From positions 22,133,281 through 22,197,280 of the forward strand of contig JASCQW010000156.1 of assembly GCA_030264375.1 (NCBI GenBank): 64,000 nt of DNA. Reading direction: 5' to 3'. Under the pieces are notes generated by a model. The model saw nothing but the letters and a program-made list of their open reading frames with translations. It did not search any database and was not told the DNA's origin. Source of the DNA: Carcharhinus longimanus. Its lineage: Eukaryota. A program made the position numbers and the translations under genes. This document shows positions 1-13,199 of the stretch, in pieces. Every line of letters begins with the position of its first letter. Position 1 is the first letter of the stretch.

Positions 1-310
1 AAAGACACTCAGTGACCTGGTCCCCACAGCCTTCTGCAGCAGAGTTTCACAGATTCACCACTCTCTGGCTGAAGACATTCCTCTTCATCTCTGCTTTAAA
101 GGGTCGTCCCTTTTGCCTGAGGTTGTGCCCTCTGGTTCTAGCTTTTCCAACTAATGGGAACATTCTCTCCACATCCACTCTATCCAGGCCTCACAGTATC
201 CTGTAAGTTTCAATAAGATCCCCTCCTCATCCTTCTAAACGCCAAAAAGTACAGACCCAGAGTCCTCAATCGTTCCTTATATGACAAGCTCTTCATTTCA
301 GGGATTATTC
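1..310 (-). mobile_element. CR1/HER1-type LINE fragment
   Basis: Closely similar to 6125-6430. Confidence 0.8.
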
Positions 311-525
311 AAACTCCTTTACAGCTCAGAGCCACAGAGGCCAACTGTGGCATCCAACTGACATCAGCTAACACAACAGAGACCAAAGATTGCACCCAAG
401 CCTTTTCTGGTTTATTCATCAGAACTCTGCACCACATCTTGAGCCATCAAAATTGCTCCTTGACTTTGAAGAGTTTCCCCTATCAAATAGAAACTTTGTC
501 ATTGATTATTTTAAGGCTGACATAC

Positions 526-859
526 CCAGAGGTTCCAACTCCTGCACCAGCTCCTTCCAGATTGGCTCAATGTGAATGCAGCTGAAACACCAATCGGAAG
601 TCACTTTGATGAGATACGGTTTCTTGTAACTATTTGGCACAACCTCAGTCATGTACTGCGAGAAATGCAGTAAGTACTTATCGTCAAATGAGTCACGGGC
701 AGAATTAAATTGGAATTGAAAAAAGGAGTCATCGAAGAAGAAGCTGTCATATTTGTGGAAACCCCGGAAGTGGTGCTGCGCATGTTGGAGATTCCCTGGC
801 TGTCCATCAGCATTTCCGTACTTATCAAAATTCGACCTCCTCTCCTCATTTGAAAGAAT
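526..859 (-). CDS. DNAJC16: DNAJC16 third coding exon (334 nt; end of J-domain, start of thioredoxin-like domain)
   Basis: tttag|ATTCTTTCAAAT...CCTCTGG|gtatg; translates ILSNEERR...WCFSCIHIEPIWKELVQELEPL. Confidence 0.93.
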
Positions 860-3800
860 CTAAAGCAAGAAAAAAAGAGTTCATCAGTTGGCACAGTGAG
901 CAAGGCTTTCACTCTAACTTCATGCGATGCGTAATAATGACACCCACAATACAGACTGGGAGCTACTTGTGCCCATCATCTTTCCACTGTGACACAGTGT
1001 CTGGCACATGGGTTCGATTCCCAGCTTGGGTCACCATCTGTGTGGAGTCTGCACATTCTCATCGTGTCTCTGTGGGTTTCCTCCAGATGCTCTGGTTTCC
1101 CCTCACAATCCGAAAGGCGTGCTGGTTAGGTGCATTAGCCATGCTAAATTCTACCTCAGTGTACCCGAATAGGCGCTGGAATATGGTAACTAATGGATTT
1201 TTAGAGTAACTTCATTGTAGTGTTAATATAAGCCTACTTGTAACACTAATAAGTAATCTAAACAAAAAGTTTTTTTTGTGCAGCTGAATTCATAAGTTGT
1301 ATAAAGATTGCAATGTAAAAGAAAATACAAAAGTAAAAAGATATATATTGATGATTTGGCTAAGATGCACAGCATATCATTTCAAACTTTATAAATGACT
1401 AGAAACTCAGAAATGTAGTAAACAATGAAGAGGATGGCAACAGACTTCAGGAGGGCAGAGTTGAAACAGGCAGTAGCTTGGCAGATGAAATTTAGTCTAC
1501 AAAAGTGTGAAGGGATACATTTTGTTAGGACGAACGAAAAAAGGCAATACAGTTATATAGCGGGTGCAGGAAGAGAGGAGGGGAGTGTACACAAATCCTT
1601 GAAGGCATAGGACAAATTTAGAAGATGGTTAAAAGGCCATATGGAATTCATGCCTCTATTGATAGCGGTCTGAAATACAAAACCAAGCAAATTATGTTAA
1701 ACTGCTATAAAACACTAGCTAGACTCAGTTGGGTGGCACACTTCACGAAGGATATCAAATTCTTAGAGGATTCAACCATTGCTATATCAAAATCCTTGAA
1801 CAACTTCCACCTAGGTCAAGGGCAGCTGACACATGAGGAAAAGTTAACTTAATTGTGTAAGAGTTGTTTCTTTAATTTGTAAGTGTTTTAATAAAATTAA
1901 GTTTGAACCACAGTCCTTTGTTTGTCTCAAAGTAAGAGCACCTGGGTAAACACATTTATGAATAATAAACTGGTTGAAGTGTCTGGCTTTAATATTTCAC
2001 AGGCAGCAAAATATATCAGCGCTCCTTCACTGTCGCTGGGTCAAAATCCTGAAACTCCTCACTAGCAGCAGAGAGTGTATCTACACCACATGGACTGCAG
2101 TGATAATTAGGGCAATTAAGAATGGGCAATAAACACTGGCCTTGATGCCCCATGAATTAATAAAAAATAATTCAGGAAATTTGATGCAGATGTTCAATGT
2201 CATCGACATTAAGAAAGAGAAACTGTTTCCAGTGATAGAAGCATCAGTAATCATGAGACACTGATCTGAAGGTAAACTATTAGATATGAGATGAGGACTT
2301 CTTTTATACATACAAAGTGAATTATGTGCTGGAGGCAGATTCAACAACAAATTACAAAAAGAAATTTGATAAATACTTGAAGGGAAAAATGAAAGGCCAA
2401 AGGAAAACAAAACGGCAAGGTAGGATGAGTTAGGCAACTCTAAACTAAAAGATCTGGCAAAGGTACAATGGCCCCCTGAGGTACGACTGTTTCTAGTGGA
2501 AGGGTATTCCCAGTTCCACAGGGGTCAGGCTTGAAAGTGAGATCAGGAAGAACTTCACAGAAGTTGATGTTGAGTCAGCAGACCAATATGTTCCTACCTT
2601 CAGGCAATCTTCACAGATGAAGGGTTATCACCTGGAAAGGTGGATACCAAACTGTAAAATTAATTCCCTATTTGTGGGCTGATTGTGCATACCACCACAG
2701 GCTCCCCCAGTCCCAACAAGACTGACAGGGGCCTGAAGACCGTTTGCTGGAGACTCGTCTACAGGGCTGCACAAGGCCTCCGACAATCACTCATTGCTGA
2801 CAATCCACAGGAAGTGCTTCCCCTCCACAGGGGTGGTTTCACAACATGGCCAGGGTCTTTCAAAAAAAAAGTTATAACGCCTTCAGATGAATCAAGATTG
2901 ACTGGTGTGTCCTCATGTTCCCAGTCCTACAGTGGTACCACCCAGCTCCAGCAGCTGGGCTGCCTCCTTCCAAGGCTGAAGGTCCTCTGATTGTGCCTAT
3001 AGCCTCATAGTTCTTATGTCCTGGCCAGTATTTATCCCTCAATTCAAAATCACAAAAACAGATTGCTGTTTATGTGAATGTGTTGTGTTCGCAAATTGCC
3101 TGCCATATTACTTACAATACAATGGTAACCATGCACAGTGGTTCACACTGCTGCCTCATTCTCCCTGTATCTGCATGGGATTCCACAGTGTGCTTCGGTT
3201 TCTCCCACAGTCCAAAGATATGCAGATTAGGTGGATTAGCCACAGTAAATTGCCCCTTAGCGTCCCAAGATGTGTAGGTTGGGGGATTAGTAGGATAAGT
3301 GCATGGGATAAGGGATGGGCCTGGGTAAAATACACTGTCGAAGAGTCGGTGCAGACCCAATGGGCCAAATGGCCTCGTTCTGCACTGTAGGGATTCTAAT
3401 CTATTCTTCCAAAAAGTATTTTATTAGCTGTAGCCAGTAGTTTTGGGATGTCTAATAGTCCTAAAAGGAACTATATAAACATGAGAGTTCATTTTTACAT
3501 TCATAGAATGTGAAGCGCCATACCTGAAGTAGGTATTATCCTGATTTATTTGTTCTCCACATGGACATAAACTAATACCAAATCGTATAGAATGTAGGAA
3601 AGTTCAAGGGTTGTCAATAGTGCTCAGTCCATTGAGTGGCTTTACAGACTATAAGAAAAACATCTATTGTAAATGGGTCTACGGTAGGAGCAGTATGAAC
3701 TGTAACTTCTCCCCCAGAGAATAANNNNNNNNNNAATATAATGTATAACCGATCTGACCAGACAATATTTGTGATGGGTCACCTTGATCTTTTGTTAATA

Positions 3801-6800
3801 AATAACTCAAAGAACTGCTTTCTATGGAAAGACATTCTTCGTTCTACCTACATAAAAGGAACTATTACTTAATGTAAATTCATTAAGGAAATATCTATGC
3901 AAAAATGGAGTAAAATAATTCAGGCTTCAGAAAATTCTGACAAAACTCAAACAAATAGCAATGGACTTCAGTCATTACACATTGTAGGAAATCTATGAGT
4001 AAATTATTGTATTATTTCTATCCAAAGATCTGAATTACCTCGTATGCTTTGCTAATCTGAATGAACCGATCTTCTGCCTTTGGATCCTTATTCTTGTCAG
4101 GATGCCTGAAAAATAAACAAACATTGCGCCCCCATTGGAGGAAATTGTAGCAAACAGTCACATCTTATTCTCCCGCAAGATTCTTCCACCTGCCAACTAC
4201 ACAGAACTGACTTGTACATTTTAAAAAATAATTTTAATTTTGTTGTGTGCTTTTCTTTGCTGCTCTTCTCCCCTTCCCTTCTAAAGCCAGTGGGGGCAAT
4301 TCTCCCATCCCATTGCACTACTTTTTTAGTGGACTTGGAGATTCTAGTGATGGCTGATTTGCTCTCGATGTCTGGGTCTCTACGTGCCAGCTCTGCGCTG
4401 CAAATCAGTATGGAGCTGCATAATGTATTCAGCTGCTCATTATAATGTAACTTAAATCCAATTAGCGGGCCCGAAACTGAAATCTCCAGGCCCACTTGCC
4501 TCTCCCCCCAACAGAAGTGGTTCACCCCACCGGGGTTTACCTTTACCATAACTCCCTACTTGCAGGGAACTGGTAGCCCAACCCCATGGAGTAAAATGAG
4601 GGTGTGTGCAAGTAAGATATATATCAGGTAGTGCCAAGGGATCGGGCCTAATGGGGGTGGGAACAGGGTGTCCTGCTGCCATTCTACATTTTGGGCTGAG
4701 GGACAGAGTGAGGGAGGACAGCCTGCAGGGGATCGGGTCAGGGCAGTCGATGGATCTGGGGGGGGGGCGCTGTCTAACGATCAGGAGGCCAGCACTGCGG
4801 GACCACTGCACATGCGCCGATCTCAGCAAATTGGCAGTGGCCCGCTCAGCACTATGCTGCTGGCCTCTCCAGTGGAAATGGGCCCTGCCCACTGAGTTTT
4901 GCACTGATTCATGCTAGCGCACTCTGCAGTGCACAGAGTGTGGGAGATTCATTTTTAAACTCCCGCTGAGAAAAAAAAACAGCAGGATTTACTCCAGTTT
5001 TTATGCAAATTTGAATTTTTTGGGAGAATCGCCCCCCCAGTGAATTTTGTTGGCAACAATTCCACTAGTCCCCAGCTACCTTTAAGATTTCAATTCAAAG
5101 TGCCCATTCATTATCTGTGACTCTAGATAACAAGAAAATAGTCTGCTGACATTTAGAGCATATTGCAAGTGAGCTTCATTCTGACCATACACATGTATTT
5201 TTCAGCAGTACTGCAATCAGGAGCAGAAACCTTGACAGATATTTTTCTTCCAACTTGGTTGAAATCAGCACAGGTTATCTTGGGAGAGCCTCAAAGTATC
5301 TAACAAATTTATGGCAGGGAAGGAGGCCATTTGCTCTATTATGTCTCTGCCAGCCAAAAAAAAGTCATCCAGCCTAATCTCATTTTCCAGCTCTTGGTCC
5401 GTAGCCTTGTAGCTTACAGCACTTCAAGTGCATTTCTGGGTACTTTTTAAGTGTGATGATGGGTTCTGTTACTACCACTTTTTCAGGCAGCAAGTTTGAG
5501 ACTCCCGCCACCTTACGGAAAGATAGCTTTTTTCCAATTCCACTGTAATCCAATCATTGATTATTTTAAATCTACACCCTCTGCTAATTGAGCTGTTGCA
5601 AAGTAAATAGATCCTTTCTATCCACCATATCTAGATCCTTCATAATTTTATACACTTCAGTTAAATCTTCCCTCAGGTTTCTCCATTCCAGAGAAAACCA
5701 CCCAGTCTAATCAGTCTTTCCTGAAAGCTAAAATTCATCATTCCTCGTAATTCCTGGTAACATTCACAAACTCTCCTCTTGTGGCAACTCTAGTGCAATC
5801 CCTATGGCTTACTTACTTACTGAATGATGCATTTAATCACTAAACCATTAGACAGCTCCAGCAACACACAATTTTCACCAACCAAGCTAGAAATACTTAC
5901 AACATCTTTTCATACTAGATAGTACCTTCGCGTAACGGGAAGTATCACACTGCCATTAAACAGAGAATAACAAATAGCCAAGTTGATTAAGACCATAAGA
6001 CATAGGAACAGAATTGGACCACTCGACCCATTGAGCCTGATCCATCATTCAATCATGGCTGATATTTTTCTCATCCCCATTATCCCTGATCCCCTTATTA
6101 ATCAAGAACCTATCTATCGCTTTCTTAAAGACACTCAACGACCTGGCCTCCATAGCCTTCTGCAGCAAAGAGTCCCAAGATTCACCACTCTCTGGCTGAA
6201 GAAATTTCTCCTCATCTCTGTTTTAAAAGATCGCCCCTTTAGCCTGAGGTTGTGCCCTCTGGTTCTAGATTTTCCGACTAGTGGAAACATCCTCTCCGTG
6301 TCCACTCTATCAAGGCCTCACAGTATCCTGTAAGTTTCAATAAGATCTCCGCTCATCCTTCTAAACTCCAACGAGTACAGACCGAGAGTCCTCAACCGTT
6401 CCTCATGCGTTCTTCATTCCGGGGATCATTCTTGAGAACTTCCACTGGACCCTTTCCAAGGCCAGCACATCCTTCCTTAGGTATGGGATCCAAAACTGCT
6501 CACAATATTCCAAATAGGGTCTGACCAGAGCCTTATAAAGCCTTAGAAGTTCATTTCTGCTCTTGCATTCTAGCCCTCTTGACATGAATGCTAACACTGC
6601 ATTTGCCTTCCTAACTGCCGACTGAACCTACACGTTAACGTTAAGAAAATCTTGAACACAGACTCCCAAGACCCTTCGTGTTTCTGATTTCCTAAGCATT
6701 TTACCATTTGGAAAATAGTCTATGCCTCCATTCCTCCTTCCAAAGTGCATAACCTCACATTTTTCCACATTGTATTCCATCTGCCATTACTTTGCCCACT

Positions 6801-7782
6801 CTCCTAACCTTTCCAAGTTCTTCTGCAGCACCCCACCCCCCCTCCCCTGGCTTTCTCAATACTACCTGTCCTCTACATATCTTTGTATCATCTGCAAACT
6901 TAGCAACAGTGTCTTCAGTTTCTTCCTCCAGATCATTAATATATATTGTGAAAATATTGTAGCCCCAGCACTGACCCCTGTGGCACACCACTAGTCACCG
7001 GCTGCCATCCTGAGAAAGACTCCTTTATCCTCACTTTCTGCCTTCTGCCAGTCAGCCAGTCCTCTATCCATGCCAGGATCTTACCCTTAACCCTATGGGC
7101 ACTTAACTTATTTAACNNNNNNNNNNNNNNNNNNNNNNNNNNNNNNNNNNNNNNNNNNNNNNNNNNNNNNNNNNNNNNNNNNNNNNNNNNNNNNNNNNNN
7201 NNNNNNNNNNNNNNNNTCTAAACTCCAACAAGTACAGACCCAGAGTCTTCAACCGGTCCTCATACGACAAGCAAAGAGATTACAAGGGTGCTTAGATGAA
7301 ATCAAATTGTCATTCAAACTTCAATGATGGTACATCGCTTTAACAAACCTACAGATTTTGTTTCTAGTGTTGATAGGCTTTACTGCTTTCAAACCTTCTG
7401 TCCAGAGTTTCCTGAAGTTTGAAAGGCCAGCAAAACAAATCGTATTGACCCCACATTCCCTTTCATGTGTTTCTTTAAGACCTGCTTCAGGTGTTAAACT
7501 AGATTTATAAGAATGAATATTGCACTGGAAAAACAGTCCCTGGACACAAAGGCTATATACAGGTATTTTCCCCAGCCCAAAGATAACTAAAGTACAGGCA
7601 GAAACTCACCACTCCCGAGCCAGTTGTTTGTAGGCTTTCTTTATTTCTGCTTGGGTTGCAGTTCTACCGACTCCCAGTGATCTGTAAGGATCAAATTCTA
7701 TTCCATGGTGGAGAGGGGTGATCAGCAGAAAGACTAAAAGCGCTAGCAACCTTCCAAAAGATGCCAACTGTAAACCAGCCAT
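526..7782 (-). CDS. DNAJC16: DnaJ homolog subfamily C member 16, 5' part (join of complement 7610-7782, 4039-4105, 526-859; continues beyond the left window edge)
   Basis: Spliced translation [95 protein letters not shown]...KVTSDWCFSCIHIEPIWKELVQELEPLG: signal peptide, J-domain with HPD, thioredoxin-like WCFSC. GT-AG boundaries with consistent phases. Confidence 0.95.
1005..1265 (+). mobile_element. V-SINE (HE1-like), tail type B
   Basis: V-domain TGTGTGGAGT.TGCACATTCTC...GGGTTTC; tail CAGTAACTTCATTG.AGTGTTAATGTAAGCCTACTTG. Confidence 0.75.
3130..3405 (+). mobile_element. HE1-like V-SINE with CR1/HER1-type tail
   Basis: Core CCCACAGTCCAAAGAT.TGCAG.TTAGG; tail ATGGGCCAAATGGCCTC..TCTGCACTGTAGGGATTCT. 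Confidence 0.8.
4039..4105 (-). CDS. DNAJC16: DNAJC16 second coding exon (67 nt, HPD motif)
   Basis: ttcag|GCATCCTGAC...TACGAG|gtaat; translates [22 protein letters not shown]. Confidence 0.93.
4292..5036. mobile_element. Non-autonomous DNA transposon (MITE-like) with terminal inverted repeats
   Basis: TIR GGGGGCAATTCTCCCA ... TGGGAGAATCGCCCCC; flanked by CCAGT on both sides; GC-rich interior. Confidence 0.75.
5990..7272 (-). mobile_element. CR1/HER1-type LINE 3' portion (RT and C-terminus)
   Basis: FTIYINDLEE..AKFADDTK and LRLYKALVRPYLEYCEQFW in minus-strand ORFs; (CTTATG)n-type tail at about 5990. Confidence 0.9.
7610..7782 (-). CDS. DNAJC16: DNAJC16 first coding exon (start codon, signal peptide, J-domain start)
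   Basis: ctttcag|aATG GCT GGT...CGG GAG TG|gtgagt; translates ...[30 protein letters not shown]. Confidence 0.93.
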
Positions 7783-8869
7783 TCTGAAAGTGATTTGAAA
7801 TATGACAAATTAGGGCAATGATTCATAACAAGAGGAGTCAGGAGTTCAAAATGACTTGGGGCCTTAAAAATACTTCATTCAGATGCTGAATTACAAAACT
7901 GATTCGCCTACTCTCTGTCGGATGTGTTTAGCATAGTGACATGTGATGATAAATGATGAACAGCAGCGGCACACAGTATCTTCAGGGTAGCCATTTCTGG
8001 CTGAAGGAACCTGGGAAGAGGGTTGAAGAAACAAAAAAGCAACAGCAGCAACCTGTTCAAAACAAACCATTTATTTGAACACTGTGTACAGTGTTTAGTT
8101 ACAGTTCCCACTTTAAGGAATAACCACCCTTGTCAATTGTAATTTAATGCAAAAATATTGTTAAAGTTAATAAATATTCTCCACCTTTAAAAACATGATG
8201 CAGTTGGCATTCAGGACGTATTTGCAGTGATGTTGAACGGTAGGAGGATTAACAGAGTAAGGTATTTTCCTCCCCATCTCTCCTGATTATGGTTTCACAA
8301 GCACAATGCAGGAATTTTCCAAGAGTTAGCTTTGGCACAAGGACAGCCACCGAGTGCCGGCAGACTACTCAACTATAAGGCCATCACTACCATAACCAAA
8401 CCCATCTTCAATCATACACTTGACACTTTCCAGCACTTGGGGAACTTAGTTGATTTTTCCATTCCTAATCCAGGGACACCGAGCTTGATGGCAGCACCTT
8501 TGCTGAGATTGACCAAAGAGTATCAAGCCCGAGGTCTTCCTGGTACAATGGCTCAATGATAAACAAAAGAATCAACAGGAGAGCTGGAAGCAGATTTGAT
8601 CTGCTCAGTTCTTCATCTGAATGATACCAAGTATAGAAACATTGAGGACAAGTTGGGTTACCATACAGGCAAAATAGACTGTTTGGGGGTGTGGTGAGAT
8701 TTAATGCCTGAATAGCACAAACTTGGTGTCAATATTACCTAAAATCATCTAATACATCAAAAATATTTAAATTACAACTGTTCAAATGTCATAGTAATCA
8801 AAGGTAATGAGTAGATGAGCTTCACAGACTGAAGATCTCAATTTCATTCCTGACTTCATTAAAACAGCA

Positions 8870-11450
8870 GCTGAACATGAGTACATTAAAAAGAGATAGC
8901 TCAGGCACTGTCAAGGTATATTCCCTCAAAAGGGAAAGGTAGAGCAAACAAATCCAGAGCTCTCCAGATGACAAATGAAACAGAAATTATAATAAAGAAG
9001 AGAAGTGTGCTTATGACAGATATCATTTAGAAAAATACAATTGCGAATCAGGCTGAATAAAGAACGTTCTGAGGAGAAGTGAAAAAGCAAATACTAGAAG
9101 CAAAAAGGGAGTATGACTAGAGACCGGCAGCTAACAAAAGGGATTCCCAGAGTCTTCTATTGACATATAAATAATAAGAGGGCAGTAAAAGGAGGAGGGC
9201 TGATTAAGAACAAAAAGGGAATTTATATAACAATGTAATTAAAAAGAACTGACATGCTTTAATAGTAATTACATTGTTTTAATACAATTACACTGTTAAA
9301 AAAGGTAATGGGTATTTCTATACCTATAAATTGGGATAGCAGAATCATTGGAAATAAGGAGCAGTGTTGATATGGTTGTCTAATAGGAAGCAGAGAGTTG
9401 GTATCAATGGGTGCTATTCTGATTGGCGGTTGGTGACTAGTGGAGTGCCNNNNNNNNNNNNNNNNNNNNNNNNNNNNNNNNNNNNNNNNNNNNNNNNNNN
9501 NNNNNNNNNNNNNNNNNNNNNNNNNNNNNNNNNNNNNNNNNNNNNNNNNGACAAGGGAATTAAGGGTTATGGGGAGAAAGCAGGAAAGTGGAACTGATTC
9601 ACTTCAGATCAGCCATGATCTTATTGGATGGCAGAGCAGGCTTGAGGGGCTAGATGGCCTACTCCTGCTCCTATTTCTTATGTTCTTATTATGAGCGAGT
9701 TATTAACTTAGTTCGCAAAGAAATGTCTTTGTTTTGACTTCACCATCCAGTGCGGATCCAGTTAACATCACGCATGAGAAGAGTAGCATAGTTGAGGTAT
9801 TAAATTAGTAGTCTGCATTTGTCTTTACCAAGGAAGATGATGCTATCCAGGCCATAGTAAAAGAGGAGGTAATTCAGACACAAGAATGTTAAAGAGGATC
9901 CGCATTTAAGTTGATTAGGTACCAGCACCCAAGGATACTGAGGGAAGTAAGAGTGGAAACTGTGAAGGCAGTCTTCCTTGCACTCTGGAGTGGTACAGTA
10001 AACTAGCAAATTAATTTAACCTCTTGTTCAAAAAAATGTAAAGATAGGCCTAAGTACAGGCTAGTTAGTATAACTCCCGTGTTGGGGAAACTTCAAAAGA
10101 CAACAATTCGGGACAAACTTAATAGTCACCTGAACCAAAGCAGGTTAATTAAGGAAAGCCAGCATAGATTTTTCAGGGAAAATCATGCTGAATTAACTTG
10201 CTGGAGTTATTGAAGCAGTAACAGAGTGGCTTGATGAGAGCAATGCTGTACACGGACTTCCAGGAGTCATCTGATATAGTGCCAGACCACAGATCTGTGA
10301 GCAAAGTTATGGCTCATGGAATGAAAGGGACAGTAGCAACTTGGATTTGAAGTTGGTTGAGTAAAAGGAAACAAATATTTTGGAGTTGGAGGAATGCTTG
10401 TAGTGCAGTTCCCCAGGAGTCAGTAGAACCCTTGCTTCTCCAGATTTATATCTATAACCGAGACCTTGCTGTATAGGGCACAGTTTCAAAATCTGCAGAC
10501 AATAAGTGACCATAGCAAACTGTGAGGAAAATAAAAAAAACCAAAAGGACATGGACAAGTTGGTCGAATAAACAGGCAGGTGGCAGGTGATGTTTAATAC
10601 AGTGAAATGTGAGGTGATTTATTTTGGTAGGAAGGACATGGAAAGGCAATACAAGGGTACAACTCTAAAGGGGGTGCAAGGACAATGAACTTGGGTGAAT
10701 ACGTGCATAAGTCATTGAATTTGAAAGGGCAGGCTGAAAGAATGGTTCATAAAGCATACAGGCTTTATTAATAGGGCCATAGAGTAAGGANNNNNNNNNN
10801 NNNNNNNNNNNNNNNNNNNNNNNNNNNNNNNNNNNNNNNNNNNNNNNNNNNNNNNNNNNNNNNNNNNNNNNNNNNNNNNNNNNNNNNNNNNNNNNNNNNN
10901 NNNNNNNNNNNNNNNNNNNNNNNNNNNNNNNNNNNNNNNNNNNNNNNNNNNNNNNNNNNNNNNNNNNNNNNNNNNNNNNNNNNNNNNNNNNNNNNNNNNN
11001 NNNNNNNNNNNNGAAGTTATGTTGAACTTCTATGCTAGTTTGGCCTCGGCTGGAGAACTGCATCCAGTTCTGGGTATATTTTAGGATGCATATGAAGGCA
11101 CTGAAGAGAATGCAGAATAGATTCACAAGAATGCTTCTAGGGATGATAAATTTCAGTTATGAAGACAGATTGAAGAAGTTAGGACTGTTTTCATTGAAGA
11201 AAAGGCTGATAGGGAGATTTGATAGCAGTATTCAAAATCATGAGGGATTTGGACAGTGTGGATGAGGAAAAACTGTTCCCAATTGTGAAAGGATCATGAA
11301 TGAGAGGGCACAGATTTAAAACTATCAGCAAAAGCTGTAAACGAAAAACTTTTTCACACAGCACTGCCTGAGATTGTGATGGAGGCAGGCTCAATTGAGG
11401 CATTCAAAAGGGAAACAGGCTGTTATTTGAAAAGGAAGAATAGCAGGAGA
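8870..11450 (+). mobile_element. Degraded CR1-type LINE(s) with nested younger CR1 (about 9360-9690) and gaps
   Basis: WLSNRKQRVGING, RLENCIQFW and SYEDRLKKLGLFSL motifs. Confidence 0.8.
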
Positions 11451-11462
11451 AGACTAAGAATG

Positions 11463-11673
11463 GCAGAAAATGTTTTAAAATCTCAGTAGATCTGACAGCA
11501 CCTGTGGAGAGAGAATGGAGCTAACGTTTTGAGTCTGGATGACCCTTTGTCAGAGTGTCTAGACTCAAAACATTGGTTCTATTCTCCCTCCACAGATGCT
11601 GTCAGTAATGTTGAGATTTTCCAGCACTTTCTACTTTTGTTTCAGATTCCAGCATCTGCAGTATTTTGCTTTT
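11463..11673. mobile_element. Second family of palindromic PLE-like short element (related partial copies near 14465-14590, 35255-35310 and 55875-55957)
   Basis: Inverted arms; TSD GACTAAGAATG at 11452-11462 and 11674-11684; decayed hammerhead-like CUGACAA-A-GGGUC-aucca-GACUC-AAAACGUU on the minus strand. Confidence 0.7.
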
Positions 11674-12299
11674 GACTAAGAATGACACTGGACAAAACGC
11701 TCATTCGGAGAGCAAGTGCAGACACGATGGACCAAATGGTCTCCTGCACTGTGACTCTTAAACGTTAAGTCAGATTGGTTGCAGATTCCTTTCTTGAAGT
11801 TGCAAAGCCAATGCGCATGCAGGGTGGACAGGGCAAGTCCTCAATCCATCTCCTTGCTTGCGCTAAAGGAATAATTCAAATGGAATAAATCTGCTCCTGA
11901 CCACCACTATCCAGCAGCTCCTGCTGGCAAGTGGGCAAATGGGCCAGCACAGGGCTACTACCATACAACAAAATCCACTGGCCATACTCACAGACTGGAC
12001 TCAGACACGAAGAAAGGCCACATGGACAAAGTGCCAGAGAACAACCAGCTGCCATTGATCTGTGCACCAGCCTACAGCCGAGAAGGGAGGAAAATCTGCA
12101 GGACAATAAAGAGGAGAAAAATCCTGGATCACTCGACAGTAAGAGAGAGGTTAAACTACATCACTTGGAAATATTTATTTTGATGATTACAGAATCCCTT
12201 CCCAGCTAATGCTCCCTCTTTTTTTAACCCTGCCCTATTTAATGTTCTGTCTGCTGCTATTTTCTGGCCTGTCATTTGCCCCATTGTATTGTGCTCACA

Positions 12300-12630
12300 C
12301 TGAGCAGCCCTGACTGACTGAGACAGAAGCCGCCTTCGGGCCCCCGGACTCTCCTTGTCCCCGCTCAACACTCACCGACCCCAGTCCACACACCCACCGA
12401 GTGATCCTGGAACCGCTCACATTTTACTCGATCAAAGCGTGTGAGAGAAAAGAGAATTAAAGCTATACGAAAATAAACGGCTCGCTGCTCCTTGACGCCG
12501 ACTTCCGCTTTTGCGCTGTCGCCTCTCGGCCCATTCCCGAGGGGGGTTGCCATGGCTGCGAGACCTGTGCCAAAAACCCACACAGCCGAAGCCTGCGGGC
12601 TGCCTCTGTCAACCCTCATCCCAGGAAACA
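12300..12630 (-). promoter_or_regulatory. DNAJC16: DNAJC16 CpG-rich promoter and non-coding exon 1 (donor at 12376/12375)
   Basis: Local CpG enrichment; minus-strand donor G|gtgagt; ETS-type ACTTCCG at 12501-12507; RFX X-box-like GTTGCCATGGCTGC at 12546-12559. TSS not determinable from sequence. Confidence 0.65.
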
Positions 12631-12764
12631 TTTCAAACAGCGCTCAACTGCCAACCTAATCATCAAATTCGTTTTTTAAAATGTTTATTTCATTACTGTC
12701 ACACATTAGGCTCAGTAAGAAGTCTCACAACACCAATACAACAGGTTTATTTGGTAGCAAACGC

Positions 12765-12803
12765 CACTAGCTTTCGGGGCTCTTGATGCCCCTTCGTCAG
12801 GTG
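12765..12803 (-). ncRNA. Minimal type-I hammerhead ribozyme motif (PLE-associated)
   Basis: CAC-CUGACGA-A-GGGGC-aucaaga-GCCCC-GAA-AGCU-A-GUG: intact core boxes, 5-bp stem II, palindromic AGCU stem III, CAC/GUG stem I. Confidence 0.75.
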
Positions 12804-13199
12804 AGTGGGGAGTTCTGATCACAAACAGGGCATATAAAGGCGCCCATTCAGTTTACAGAATATTGATTAGAATGTGAGTCTTTACAGGTAATCAAGTCCC
12901 TTTATGAAATGTAAATGTTAATATTTAATATGAGCNNNNNNNNNNNNNNNNNNNNNNNNNNNNNNNNNNNNNNNNNNNNNNNNNNNNNNNNNNNNNNNNN
13001 NNNNNNNNNNNNNNNNNNNNNNNNNNNNNNNNNNNTTTCAGAATACTAATTAGAATGCAAGTCTTTACAGCTAATCAAGTATTAACATTTACATTTCATA
13101 AAGGGACTTGATTAGCTGTAAAGACTCTCATTCTAATCAGTATTCTGTAAACTGAGTGTGTGTCTTTACATGCCCTGTTTGTGATCAGAACTCCCCACA

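Noticed and set aside
649-912. 87-aa minus-strand ORF in the track
   Set aside because: Alternative frame overlapping the DNAJC16 exon; the true frame reads ILSNEERR...
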